This document shows, piece after piece, positions 45,711 through 57,644 of a DNA stretch of 64,000 bases (the first letter of the stretch is position 1; each line of letters starts with the position of its first letter). A program made the translations under genes and the position numbers. The stretch is taken from positions 682,001-746,000 of the forward strand of contig OZ218963.1 in the NCBI GenBank assembly GCA_965112735.1. The letters run 5' to 3'. The notes under the pieces were generated by a model that saw only the letters and a list, made by a program, of their open reading frames with translations, was not told where the DNA came from and did not search any database. Source of the stretch: Phaeosaccion multiseriatum (lineage: Eukaryota; Protista; Ochrophyta, other classes).

Positions 45711-48700
45711 CTCACTCACTCACTCACTCACTCACTCGCTCGCTCACTCACTCACTCACTCACTCATTCACTCAATCACTCACTCACTCACTCACTCACT
45801 CACTCACTCACTCACTCATTCACTCACTTACTCACTCACTCACTCACTCACTCACACCCTCACTCACTCACCCAGCCACTTCACCCACTCGCTCACTCAC
45901 TCACTCACTCACTCACTCACTCACTCACTCACTCACTCACCCACTCCCTCACTCACTCACTCACTCACTCACTCACTCACTCACTCACTCACTCACGCGC
46001 TCACCCACTCACTCACTCACTCACTCACTTCACCCACTCACTCACTCACTCACTCACTTCACCCACTCACTCACTCACTCACTCACTCACTCACTTACTC
46101 ACTCACTCACTCACTCACTCACTCACTCACGCGCTCACCCACTCACTCACTCACTCACTCACTTCACCCACTCACTCACTCACTCACTCACTTCACCCAC
46201 TCACTCACTCACTCACTCACTCACTCACTTACTCACTCACTCACTCACTCACTCACTCACTCACTCACTCACTCACTCACTCACTCACTCACTCCTCACT
46301 CACTCACTTACTCACTCACTCACTCACTCACTCTCTCACTCACTCACTCACTCACTCACTCACTCACTCACTCACTCACTCACTCACTCACTCACCCACA
46401 CCCTCACCCACTCACTCACTCACTCACTCACCCACTCACTCACTCACTCACTCACTCACTCACCCACTCACTCACTCACTCACTCACTCACTCACTCACT
46501 CACTCACTCATTCGGCCTGATTCGGCAGCAGCTCTCCATTAGACTATTAATCTACAGCGGACATTAGACCATTAGTCTACAGCGGGCATTAGACCATTAA
46601 TCTACAGCGGACATTAGACCATTAATCTACACCGGGCATTAGACCATTAATCTACAGCGGGCACTAGACCATTAATCTACACCGGGTATCTCTCGGGGAG
46701 GGAGACTCCATAGCTACGGTACCCTGCCTGCTTCGGGGCACCATGCCTGCCACTCAAGCAGTGACCACAGTGGAGTGGGGACTCCTGGGGTTGCTTCTCA
46801 CGGACGCCGCCAGTACACGGAGCAATGTTGATACCACTGATGGGTCATATTGGAAAGCTCATCATGGTACACAGTATAGCACTAGCTAGGAGTAGCCTAG
46901 TCATTGATATCGTAGTCATTAGCCTAGGAGTAGCCTAGTCATTGATATCGTAGTCATTAGCAACCGATCTACGTACCGAGCAAGTTCGCTCTACATCATA
47001 CACTCACTCACTCACTTACTCGCTCACGGAGAGGAACTGCCACCTCCTCCCGTCGCTGGTGCTTCTCCTACAGCAGCTGGTGGTACAGCAGCTAGTGGTA
47101 TATATATATACAGCAGCTGGTGGTACAGCAGCTGCCCTGCCGCCTCAAATCGGAAAACTTCTCCTCGCTCCCCCCGCCGATGACCATCAACTCGCTGCCA
47201 TCTCCTGCCGTCCCCTGCCACCCCCTGCCTTCCACTACCGTCCACTACGCGCCACTGCCACCCACTAAAATATACACTCCTTCCCTCTTCCCTCCCTCCC
47301 TCCCTCCCTCCCTCCCTCCCTCCCTCCCTCCCTCCCTCCCTCCCTCCCTCCCTCCCTCCCTCCCTCCCTCCCTCCCTCCCTCCCTCCCTCCCTCCCTCCC
47401 TCCCTCCCTCCCTCCCTCCCTCCCTCCCTCCCTCCCTCCCTCCCTCCCTCCCTCCCTCCCTCCCTCCCTCCCTCCCTCCCTCCCTCCCTCCCTCCCTCCC
47501 TCCCTCCCTCCCTCCCTCCCTCCCTCCCTCCCTCCCTCCCTCCCTCCCTCCCTCCCTCCCTCCCTCCCTCCCTCCCTCCCTCCCTCCCTCCCTCCCTCCC
47601 TCCCTCCCTCCCTCCCTCCCTCCCTCCCTCCCTCCCTCCCTCCCTCCCTCCCTCCCTCCCTCCCTCCCTCCCTCCCTCCCTCCCTCCCTCCCTCCCTCCC
47701 TCCCTCCCTCCCTCCCTCCCTCCCTCCCTCCCTCCCTCCCTCCCTCCCTCCCTCCCTCCCTCCCTCCCTCCCTCCCTCCCTCCCTCCCTCCCTCCCTCCC
47801 TCCCTCCCTCCCTCCCTCCCTCCCTCCCTCCCTCCCTCCCTCCCTCCCTCCCTCCCTCCCTCCCTCCCTCCCTCCCTCCCTCCCTCCCTCCCTCCCTCCC
47901 TCCCTCCCTCCCTCCCTCCCTCCCTCCCTCCCTCCCTCCCTCCCTCCCTCCCTCCCTCCCTCCCTCCCTCCCTCCCTCCCTCCCTCCCTCCCTCCCTCCC
48001 TCCCTCCCTCCCTCCCTCCCTCCCTCCCTCCCTCCCTCCCTCCCTCCCTCCCTCCCTCCCTCCCTCCCTCCCTCCCTCCCTCCCTCCCTCCCTCCCTCCC
48101 TCCCTCCCTCCCTCCCTCCCTCCCTCCCTCCCTCCCTCCCTCCCTCCCTCCCTCCCTCCCTCCCTCCCTCCCTCCCTCCCTCCCTCCCTCCCTCCCTCCC
48201 TCCCTCCCTCCCTCCCTCCCTCCCTCCCTCCCTCCCTCCCTCCCTCCCTCCCTCCCTCCCTCCCTCCCTCCCTCCCTCCCTCCCTCCCTCCCTCCCTCCC
48301 TCCCTCCCTCCCTCCCTCCCTCCCTCCCTCCCTCCCTCCCTCCCTCCCTCCCTCCCTCCCTCCCTCCCTCCCTCCCTCCCTCCCTCCCTCCCTCCCTCCC
48401 TCCCTCCCTCCCTCCCTCCCTCCCTCCCTCCCTCCCTCCCTCCCTCCCTCCCTCCCTCCCTCCCTCCCTCCCTCCCTCCCTCCCTCCCTCCCTCCCTCCC
48501 TCCCTCCCTCCCTCCCTCCCTCCCTCCCTCCCTCCCTCCCTCCCTCCCTCCCTCCCTCCCTCCCTCCCTCCCTCCCTCCCTCCCTCCCTCCCTCCCTCCC
48601 TCCCTCCCTCCTCTCTGTCGTGTGCTTGGGGATGTAGCGTAAGAACCTGTGTGTCTTTGCCAATGAAGGGGGGTGGCGCGGCGGCGCGGCTGATGTCCAC

Positions 48701-48879
48701 ATGACTCCACCCTTGTTGCCTTTTGTCTGATTGCTTGCTGCGTTCAGACGTTCAGCTCATTTAGACCTTAGCCAACAATATCGATCCCACGATCCGAAAT
48801 ATCGATTCGCAATATCGACCTTGCTGCGTGTGCGTGCGTGCGTGTGCGTGCGTGTGTGCGCGTCTCACTTCTGTGTGTG
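45711..48879 (+). repeat. Right copy of the long direct repeat, including ~1.3 kb of perfect (CCCT)n at 47290-48610
   Basis: Same order and sequence of parts as the left copy. The internal 25-bp unit CATTAGACCATTA.TCTACAGCGGG occurs 6 times here and 3 times in the left copy. Confidence 0.93.
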
Positions 48880-49024
48880 AACGTTTCCGTCTCGGGGGGT
48901 GCAAGTTACACCAGCTGGCCGAAACCCAAACTAAATGGGCTCATTTATCTCCGTCCTCCCCCCTTCGACATAAAAGACATTCATCCCAACCCCAGAGAGA
49001 GGGAGATAAGAAGGACTTCAGATC

Positions 49025-51932
49025 ATGTCAATGCTCAGCAGCTCCCCCGCCAAGAGGCGCGACTCCGACCTCATGAAGCTGTAAGTAGGGCTCGTTTTGC
49101 TTGTTTCTTTTCCGCCACCTTTCTCCTTGATTGACATTTGGAAAGAGACCCACGTTGCCCTGCTCTGCCTCCTGCACCATTCCTCGAAGAGTCCAGGTGC
49201 TCACCCGATACACCAGTAAGGTGTAGGGTGTCGTGTTTGTGGATAGCAGGCGGCTAACTCCCCTCCCCTCCCTTTCCCCTTCCAACACACGTATTTCCTG
49301 AAAAACACGGCGCCTACAATCGGCAACTTTTCTCTTCTTTTGTGCGCATGTCCCATTAGAATGATGAGCGACTACGAAGTGGAGCTCCCGGACGAGGCCA
49401 GCATCCACGACTTCCTCGTGACCTTCAACGGCCCCGAAGACAGTGAGTCATACATTCACGGCATGCTTTTTTCCGCCCCCTTTTATTCTTCGACCCTTCC
49501 GCCCGATCGGGGGACCATAGCAGAGTCCCCCCACCCCTTCAGACGTCTTTTGCTCACAGTCGCGAGCACCGTATTGATGTTGTTCTCATCTCCTTCCCGT
49601 TCCACCCCCCCTTCCTCCCCCCGATGCCATGCTCTGTGATCTCTCTCTCTGTCCGTCCCTCCGTCTATCCGCCTTGTCCCTCTGTCTCTGTGTTCGTCTG
49701 TCTCTCTCTCTCTGTCTCTTGTCTACCTGTACGCCTGTCTGTCGCTCTCTCGCCCCCCCTACTCCCCCCCTCTCTCCCTTCCGTCTGCCCTACAATCTCC
49801 ATCACGTCTTGCTCTGTGTCCTCTCTCAAGCCCCGTACGCTGGAGGCGTGTGGACGGTTCATGTCACGCTGCCCAAGGAGTACCCCTTCAAGTCGGTGAG
49901 TGAGTCATGCTTGCAAACACACACCCACCCACTAACTGAGAGAGTCAAGTCTTGGAAAGCAGACGACGGCAAGGTGACACAAGCAAACCTGACCCCTGCA
50001 ACCTAACCTGCGGGACCTTGTTGTGCTGAGATGTGTGTGTGTGTGTGTGTGTGTGTGACACGCTGTTCCTTCCCTTCACACACACCCACACCCATTCAGC
50101 CCAGTCGAGTCAGCCCCACACACGAGGCTTTATCATCCATCAGTTGTTGTCACCATTTGGGTGCCATTTGGTGCCACTTGCTGCGCCTTACTGCACCTGT
50201 CGCAGGTCTTTGAATCCCCTCCATGAACCCCTGATCCTCTCTCCCTCACCCCCTCCTCTCTCTCCCTCTCCCCCTCCTCTCTCTCTCTCTACCCCTCCCC
50301 TCCTCCCTCTCCCTCCTCCTCCCTCTTCCTCCTCCTCCCTCTTCCTCCTCCTCCCTCCCCCCCCCCCCCCACTCTCTCTCTCTCATCTTACAGCCCTCCA
50401 TTGGCTTCGAAAACCGGCTCTTCCACCCGAATGTGGACGAGAACAGCGGCTCCGTCTGCCTTGACGTCATCAACCAGGTGCGTTACGTAAGCACTTACGT
50501 AGTGGCATCGCGCGCACACGCGCGCGTGTGTTTGTGTTTAGGTGTGTGTGAATGTGCGCGCGCTCTCTCTCTCCTGTTGTGGCTGAGCTCCTTAGCTTGC
50601 GCCACCTAAGCTGATGCGGTTGCTGCTCTCTCTCTCTCTCTCAAGTCTCACAATTGTCTTGTGTATCACCACCGTCTCGCGGTTGTCTCACAGTTGTCTT
50701 TTGTATCACCACCACAAGGGGAGAGTTGTGCGGCTTTTCGGCGTCACTCCCCCCACCCCCACCTCTCCTAACGTATCCATCCACTGCCATCCACTGTTCA
50801 CCCTCCGTACCACCAACGCCCCCCCCCCACTGCCATCCACTGCCGTCCATTCATCCTCTGCCATCGACTACTACTGCCGTCCACTGCACCCCCGTGCCAT
50901 CCACCCACCCACTGCCATCTGTGAATATATACAACGCACTACCACCAACTCTAGACGTGGAGCCCAATGTATGACTTGGTCAACATCTTCAGCACCTTTC
51001 TGCCCCACCTCTTGCGCTATCCCAACCCCACGGACCCTCTCAATGGGGAGGCAGCAGCCCTCCTTATGCGCGACCCCGAGGGGTACGCATCCAGGTGAGG
51101 ATCAGGGGTGAGGGTGAGGGTGAGGGGTGGGGTGGGGGTGAGGGTGAGGGTGAGGGGTGGGGTGGGGGTGGGGGTAAGGATGAGGGTGAGGGTGCGGGTG
51201 AGGGTCAGGGTCAGGGTCAGGGTGACGATGAGGGGTGAGGGTGAGGATGAGGGTGAGGGTGAGGGTGAGGGGTGAGGGTGACGATGAGGGGTGAGGGGAA
51301 GGGTGAGGGGAAGGGTGAGAGTGAGGGCGAGGGTCAAGGTCAGGATCAGGGTGAGGGTGGGAGTCAGGGTGAGGGGAAAGGGAAGAGGGAGGGGGAGGGG
51401 AAGAAGACAGGCAGGGGAAGGAAGGATTGGGGGCCCAGTCCAGAGAAGGAGAAGGGGCAGGAGCAAGCAGGATCCGGGGAAGGGTGTGGGGGCCAAGATG
51501 AGGGTCAGGGAAGAAAGGAGAGGTGCAGTATAGTATGGGAGACTCGTCTCTCTCCCTCTCTCTGTCTCTCGTCCACCCGCTCAACCTGCCTTGGTCCCCA
51601 CCTACCTGGTGAGGGGGTGATCGGAGTCTGTGATGGATGGAGGTATCGTGCCTGCCAATTTGACTGTATTTCTTTTCTCATTTCACCCCCATGATTCCTC
51701 CCCCTTGTCCCCTCTCCACCCCCTGCCTCCTCCCCTGCGCTTGTCCCTCCCCTCCCCCGTCCCATCTCCTCCTCCCCGCCGTCTCTTCCTCTCCTCTCCC
51801 CTCCCCTTGCCTCCCCCTTCCCCTTCCCCTCCTCTTCACCAACAGGATTCGGCACTTCGTCCTGTCTTACGCCTCTCGACCTGGGGCAGCGGCTTCTGAA
51901 GTAATTTCATCATCCTCAGGCAGTAGCAGTAG

Positions 51933-51963
<31 letters not shown>

Positions 51964-52309
51964 CAGATGGGCAGCAGTGGCGCTATCACAAATGGCGGCC
52001 GAAGTAGAGACACAGAGGGTGGTAGCCTCGAGGACAAACGAGGCTTCCCAGGGAGCAGTCATGGCTCTTCTTTTTCTTCTTCTTCTTCCTCTTCCTCCTC
52101 CTTCTCCTCCTCTTCGAGCAGCCCGAGCACGCCAGCGACAGTGTGTGCTTCGGAAAGGTCGAGCTGCGAGGTGCCAGATGTGAGTCATATGGACATACAC
52201 GCGGAATGAATGGCATGTTGGCTTGTGATGCAGGCCTATAGGCATAAATGGGCATGGGCGGGCGTTTATCTGTCGTCTGTGTGTGTGTGTGTCTCTCCCT
52301 GCTCTCATT

Positions 52310-52340
<31 letters not shown>

Positions 52341-52465
52341 GTCCCTCCCTCCCTCCCTCCCTTCCCCCCCTTTGCCTCACCACCCCGGCATAGCTCGATC
52401 TTGCCGCCGGAAGCATGAGCGACGACGACGAGGATGTAAGCGATCTCAGCGACTGTGAAGCCTAG
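49025..52465 (+). CDS. UBE2H: E2 ubiquitin-conjugating enzyme, UBE2H/Ubc8 type. Exons 49025-49080, 49360-49442, 49831-49895, 50394-50477, 50955-51094, 51846-52179, 52394-52465
   Basis: [58 protein letters not shown] (catalytic Cys), [13 protein letters not shown], and an acidic tail [14 protein letters not shown]. All junctions are in phase. Confidence 0.95.
51095..51375 (+). repeat. (GGGTGA)n-like tract at the 5' end of UBE2H intron 5
   Basis: Directly visible. Confidence 0.9.
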
Positions 52466-52485
52466 CCATGGCGGGGGAGCAGCAG

Positions 52486-52527
<42 letters not shown>

Positions 52528-53544
52528 CGAATGTACGCACACACACTCACACTCACACTCACACACACACTCTCACACACACGCATTCGCGCAGCTGAGG
52601 GAGGGTAGAGGAAGAGCTGAGTGGTGTCGCTGAGGTGCATACCAGAGTGTGTCAGCAGAGTGTCAAGCAGCCCCTCCCCTGCGGGAGGGAGGGAGGGAGC
52701 GCGTGCCTGCGTGCGTGCGTGCGTGAGTGCGTGCGTGGGTGCGTGGGTGCGTGTGCGTGCTTGCATGAGTGAGTTGTGGAATGAAGGTGGAAGTGTGGAG
52801 AAGGTGCATGCAATGCATGGCTGCGGCTTCTGTATATATGTTTTGTTTATTAGGAAGGGGTGGGTGGGTAGGGACGAACGTATGCGGGCTTGGCTAGGGG
52901 CGGGGGAAGAGGGGGACAAGTGGAGAGCGCTACAGCAGTTGGTGGTACAGCGGCAAGGTCAGGCGCCGTCGCCGATTCGGTATGGAGTATGGATGGCGGT
53001 GGATGGGGGGGGGCGGTGCAGCGGGAGGGGTGCGTCGGGATTTTGTAAACTCAAACTCAAACTCGATGGACTCGAGCAAATGGAGTTGCCATTGTATTGT
53101 ATTGTATTGTACTTCGAAGTACTAACGTGTTAAGAGTGACGTGAGTTTAGTGTGCCGTTTGCACATATCACAAAAGGCATTTGGCAACAATATTGTAATA
53201 ATATTAGAATAATAGTAGTGTTTGAAAGGGGGAAAGGAAGAATTTCCTGAGAGCACATCTTTTTCATCGGCTATAAATGTAGCACTGCTTGACATCAATG
53301 ACGGCCCTGCTTGACATCGCTTGTAGCACTGCCCTAGGCCGATTTCTAACACGAATGCTACCCTGCAGCCAGGGGCGGCAGCCGGTGATACAGCATCAGT
53401 AGTTGGTGATACAACAGCAGCAGTTGGTGATACAGCAGCAGCAGTTGGTTATACCTACCGCCTCTGCGTCTTCTCCTTTGCCTTACATCATAGCGCAGCA
53501 CTCCACTACCATCCACCCACTGCCAAAGCCATCCATCCGCTACC

Positions 53545-53945
53545 ATCCACCCACTGCGATAGCTATCCATCCACTACCATCCACCCACTGCGATAGCTAT
53601 CCATCCACTGCCATCCACCCACTGCGATAGCTATCCATCCACTGCCATCCACCCACTGCGATAGCTATCCATCCACTGCCATCCACCCACTGCGATAGCT
53701 ATCCATCCACTGCCATCCATCCACTGCGATAGCTATCCATCCACTACCATCCACCCACTGCCATAGCTATCCATCCACTACCATCCACCCACTGCGATAG
53801 CTATCCATCCACTGCCATCCACCCAATGCGATAGCTATCCATCCACTACCATCCACCCACTGCGATAGCTATCCATCCACTGCCATCCACCCAATGCGAT
53901 AGCTATCCATCCACTACCATCCACCCACTGCGAGAAGCTATCCGT
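53545..53945 (+). repeat. 34-bp minisatellite CCACTGCGATAGCTATCCATCCACT(A/G)CCATCCAC, about 11-12 copies
   Basis: Head-to-tail units visible. Confidence 0.93.
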
Positions 53946-54700
53946 CCACCACCTCCATTCCTCCGTGCCTCTATGTCTGTTGTCCCCTCGCCTCTTGCAC
54001 GGCGGCATGGAGATGGGAAGAAGCACCAAGTATGGCGTGAACAACAGTCGTTGTGGGTGAGTCTTTCCTCAGCCACTCCCTGGGGCCCGCCTCACGCTGA
54101 GAGACACACACACACTCTCTCCATCTTCTACACTCTTCTCTCTCTGTCACACACACACACACTCTCTCTCTCTCGTCTACACTCTCTTCTCTCTCTCACA
54201 CACACACTCACTCTCTCATTATCAGCGCCAGTCACGCAACGAGATCACCCCTCCATCACCAATCCTCCTTCTCCAACTGCTGCTCCTCGCACAAATACAT
54301 ACAACACACACACTCTCACCACAGGCAGAGACTAGCTAACCCGCACACACACGCACACACACTCTCTCAGCCACCACAGAGACTAACCCGCACACACACG
54401 CACACACACACGCACGCACACACACACGCACACACACTCACTTGATTAAGTCCCAGAGGTCGTTGACGTGGTTCGGATTGAACATGGCTGCGAATGGAGT
54501 GATCCCGGACCATCATCTCCCTCGTCTGCAGACTAATGCCCTCGTTGAGCCGAGCTGCTATCGGAACTCTCAGCCAGGTGGAAAGAGTCGCATGACTCTC
54601 CACATGACTCTCCACATAGGATAGAAGTAGAAGCACAGATAAGGTAGAGGCAACCCCAAAGCCAGCCTGGCAGCTAGCCTTATCTCTACTAGCTATTGTG

Positions 54701-55640
54701 ACAGAATGAGAGCTCTATCTTTCAAGACGTGCTTGCCCTCGCCGTCGAGCCTTGGCTGGTACCTGTGTCTCTCCGATGATGCCGCTCCAACGCGCCACGC
54801 CAAGTGCCAATGTCGTTCGGCTTCTTGTGTGCATGAATCCCACGTCGAGCACATGATGGGCGAAACAGCGCTCAGTCTCTTGTCGATCATAGTCCACTTC
54901 AAAGGAGTGCGTGTCTGTGAAGCTAAAGACGGTGGCCCACGAGCCCGGCTCGGTGAAGAGATTTCTCGTGACTGTTGAAAGTCGGTATTATGTCAATGGC
55001 CCAGGCCCAGGCAAATACGATTGAGAAACGGTGCGTGGCCCGTTTCTCACTCACCTCCCAGCAGGTTGGTCGTTTAGGATGGCTCACGGATAAAGCTAAT
55101 AGAGACAAGGCTGGCTGCCAGGCTGGCTTTGGGGTTGCTATTACCTTATCCATGCGGCTACTCCTATCCTAGGTGGAGAGCAACGTGACTCTTTACATGA
55201 CCCTCTTGTCCGCGATTCACTCCTCACAGAGAGCTCTGTCCTCCGCCCTGCCCAGTTGTGACTCCACGGCCAGCAGAGCCACAAGGTCGTCGTCCTTTTC
55301 TGCCATCTCCGAGAGCCGGCGACGCACGGAAAGAGGCTTCCTTGGCTGGGCTTCGCCTCATGGTTCAGCATCTCCATCATGCGTATGTCCCGCTTCACCT
55401 GGCACGGCCCGCAGTACGCGTTAAACGCCATGGCTGTACCGCCATTGGCCATGCGATAGCTAGCGCCCTGGTGTGACGTACCCCTTGAGCTTCCCTTCGA
55501 TGCCGACCCTGAGGGAGCCAGCCATAGCTAGCCCAGGATTTGCTCTGCACGAAGCTCCAACTCCTTGCCCTTGCTTAATGTACCCCGGGTTGTATTTGCT
55601 GTCATCGATCACCTCTACCAGCACCTTCGACACCTTCTTC
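54701..55640 (-). pseudogene. Decayed duplicate of the terminal exon of the TSP3/VWD-like gene
   Basis: Fragments KVLVEVIDDSKYNPGYIK, MANGGTAMAFNAYCGPCQVKRDIRMME, ETERCFAHHVLDVGF and DGEGKHVLKDRALILS are collinear with 56236-57033 but lie in different frames, with an insertion at about 54974-55196. Confidence 0.88.
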
Positions 55641-56235
55641 GGCTTGTTGATGGTGCTCTTGCTATTGCTGCCCTGTCTGCCTGCCCCGCCGCCCCCGCCC
55701 TTTCTCAAAGCGGTCTTGGCTGCTGTTCGAGGACGAGTCCCTTGTTGCGTGGGCCTCCTCCTCCTCCTCCTCCTCCTCCTCCTCCTCCTCCTCCTCCTCC
55801 TCCTCCTCCTCCTCCTCCTCCTCCTCCTCCTCCTCCTCCTCCTCCTCCTCCTCCTCCTCCTCCTCCTCCTCTTCCTTGGGGGGAATAAACGTAAAAGACC
55901 CCCCCACCCTCCGGCACACACACAGCTACTAAAACAATGTAAACGTTTCAACGTGCCCCTGCCTAAAGTATGATGAGATTGCACTCCCCCATCAGGCTTG
56001 GCGCTTGCTGGCGTCAAATCTTTTTCACATTCGCTACTTATGCTATAAAAGCACAAAGCTCCACCCCCCCCCCCCCCATCCCCTCCTCCAGCACCACACT
56101 GTCCATGCCATATCTGCTCTGCTCCCCAGTTTAACCTCTGCGCAGCGGCTCAGCTGCAGCAACAGGCAGGGCTGGCCAAAGAGCCCGCACAACGCACCCT
56201 CCTTCTTCGCTACCTCTCCGCTCCTCGAAGCAAGC

Positions 56236-57604
56236 TCACTCGGAGGATGGCGACTCCGGCTCCCAGGCGCTGTCCAAACGGGCCACAAAGTCTGTTCCCC
56301 AGGGTCCGTCCACGACGTAGTCCTCGTCCTTGGAGGAAGACAGGATGAGGTCCCTGTCCCTCAGGATGGGCTTGCCTTCGCTGTCGTGCTTCAGCCGCTG
56401 CGTCTCACCCATGACCCCGCTCCACGTCTCCACACCCCCGTCGGAGGGCTTGACGATGAATCCAACGTCAATCACGTGAGCGTAGCAGCGCTCAATCTCC
56501 TGGCGGTAGTCGACCTGGAACGAATACGTGTCCGTAAAGATGTAGACACTGGCCCATGACCCTGGCTCGGTGAACAGGTTCCGGGTGATTCGCTTGTCGG
56601 CGATCCACTCCTCGCACAAGGCCCTGTCCTCCGCCTTGTGTAGGCGGGACTCCACGGCCAGCAGCGCCGCCAGGTCGTCATCCACTGCCATCTCCGAGAG
56701 GCGGCGAGAGGTCTTGAGCCTCTGAGCGTTGTTGAGCTCCTCCATCATGTGGAGGTCTCGCTTCACCTGGCAGGGGCCGTACGCGTTAAAGGCCATGACC
56801 GTGCCGCCGTTGGCCATGCGGTAGAGCCCCGGCTTGACAATGTGCTTGTCGTCGATGGTGACTCCCAGAGAGCCGTAGCCCAAGATTTGCTCGGCACGGG
56901 GGCTGACTTCCTCTCCTTTAATGTAGTCGGGGTTGTACTTCTCAACATCGAGAACCTGCACCAGCACCCTGGACTCGGGCTTGTCGACCCCGTCGAGGGG
57001 AGGGAAGATGAAGGACGAGGCCGTGACGTACGTCTGCGGGTGCGTGCGTGTCCGTACGAGGGGCAGCCAGGTGTTGGAGTAGGTGGCGGGGGGGGGGGTC
57101 ACATCAAAGCAGTCACAAGAGGAGGTGGGCAGTCAGGCCACAGCCAGTCACAAGGGGGGGTCGGCATTGGCTAAGGCAACGGTAAGCTGCACAGATGACG
57201 GAAATGGTGGAGCTCCCGGCAAGAGAGAGTGATTCCGCTCAGTAGATACAATTCTACGCCGCCCCCAACAACTGTCGCAAGTGGAGTCAGCCTACAGCAA
57301 GGCCAAGCCTTTCAGCTCTTGGGCTGTGTGCAACTGGCCGCCTCGATTTGCTGCACAGACACCACTCACCGGCATGGCGCCGTTCTCGCAGGAAGGGAAG
57401 ACCCCCAGGCGCCAGTTCCACTGCAAGTGCTTCTCGGTCAAGGCGGCGTACCAGGCGTCGTTAGCTCCCTTGAAGAGGAAGACTTGGTGCTGGAAGCCGA
57501 AGACCATGGGGTCCCCTTGCACCTCCGCCGAAGAGTCTGAGAAGCGCCGCACGAAGTGCAGCCAGACACAGACGTAGAGAGGGACAGAGTGATAAGAGAG
57601 AGAG

Positions 57605-57644
<40 letters not shown>

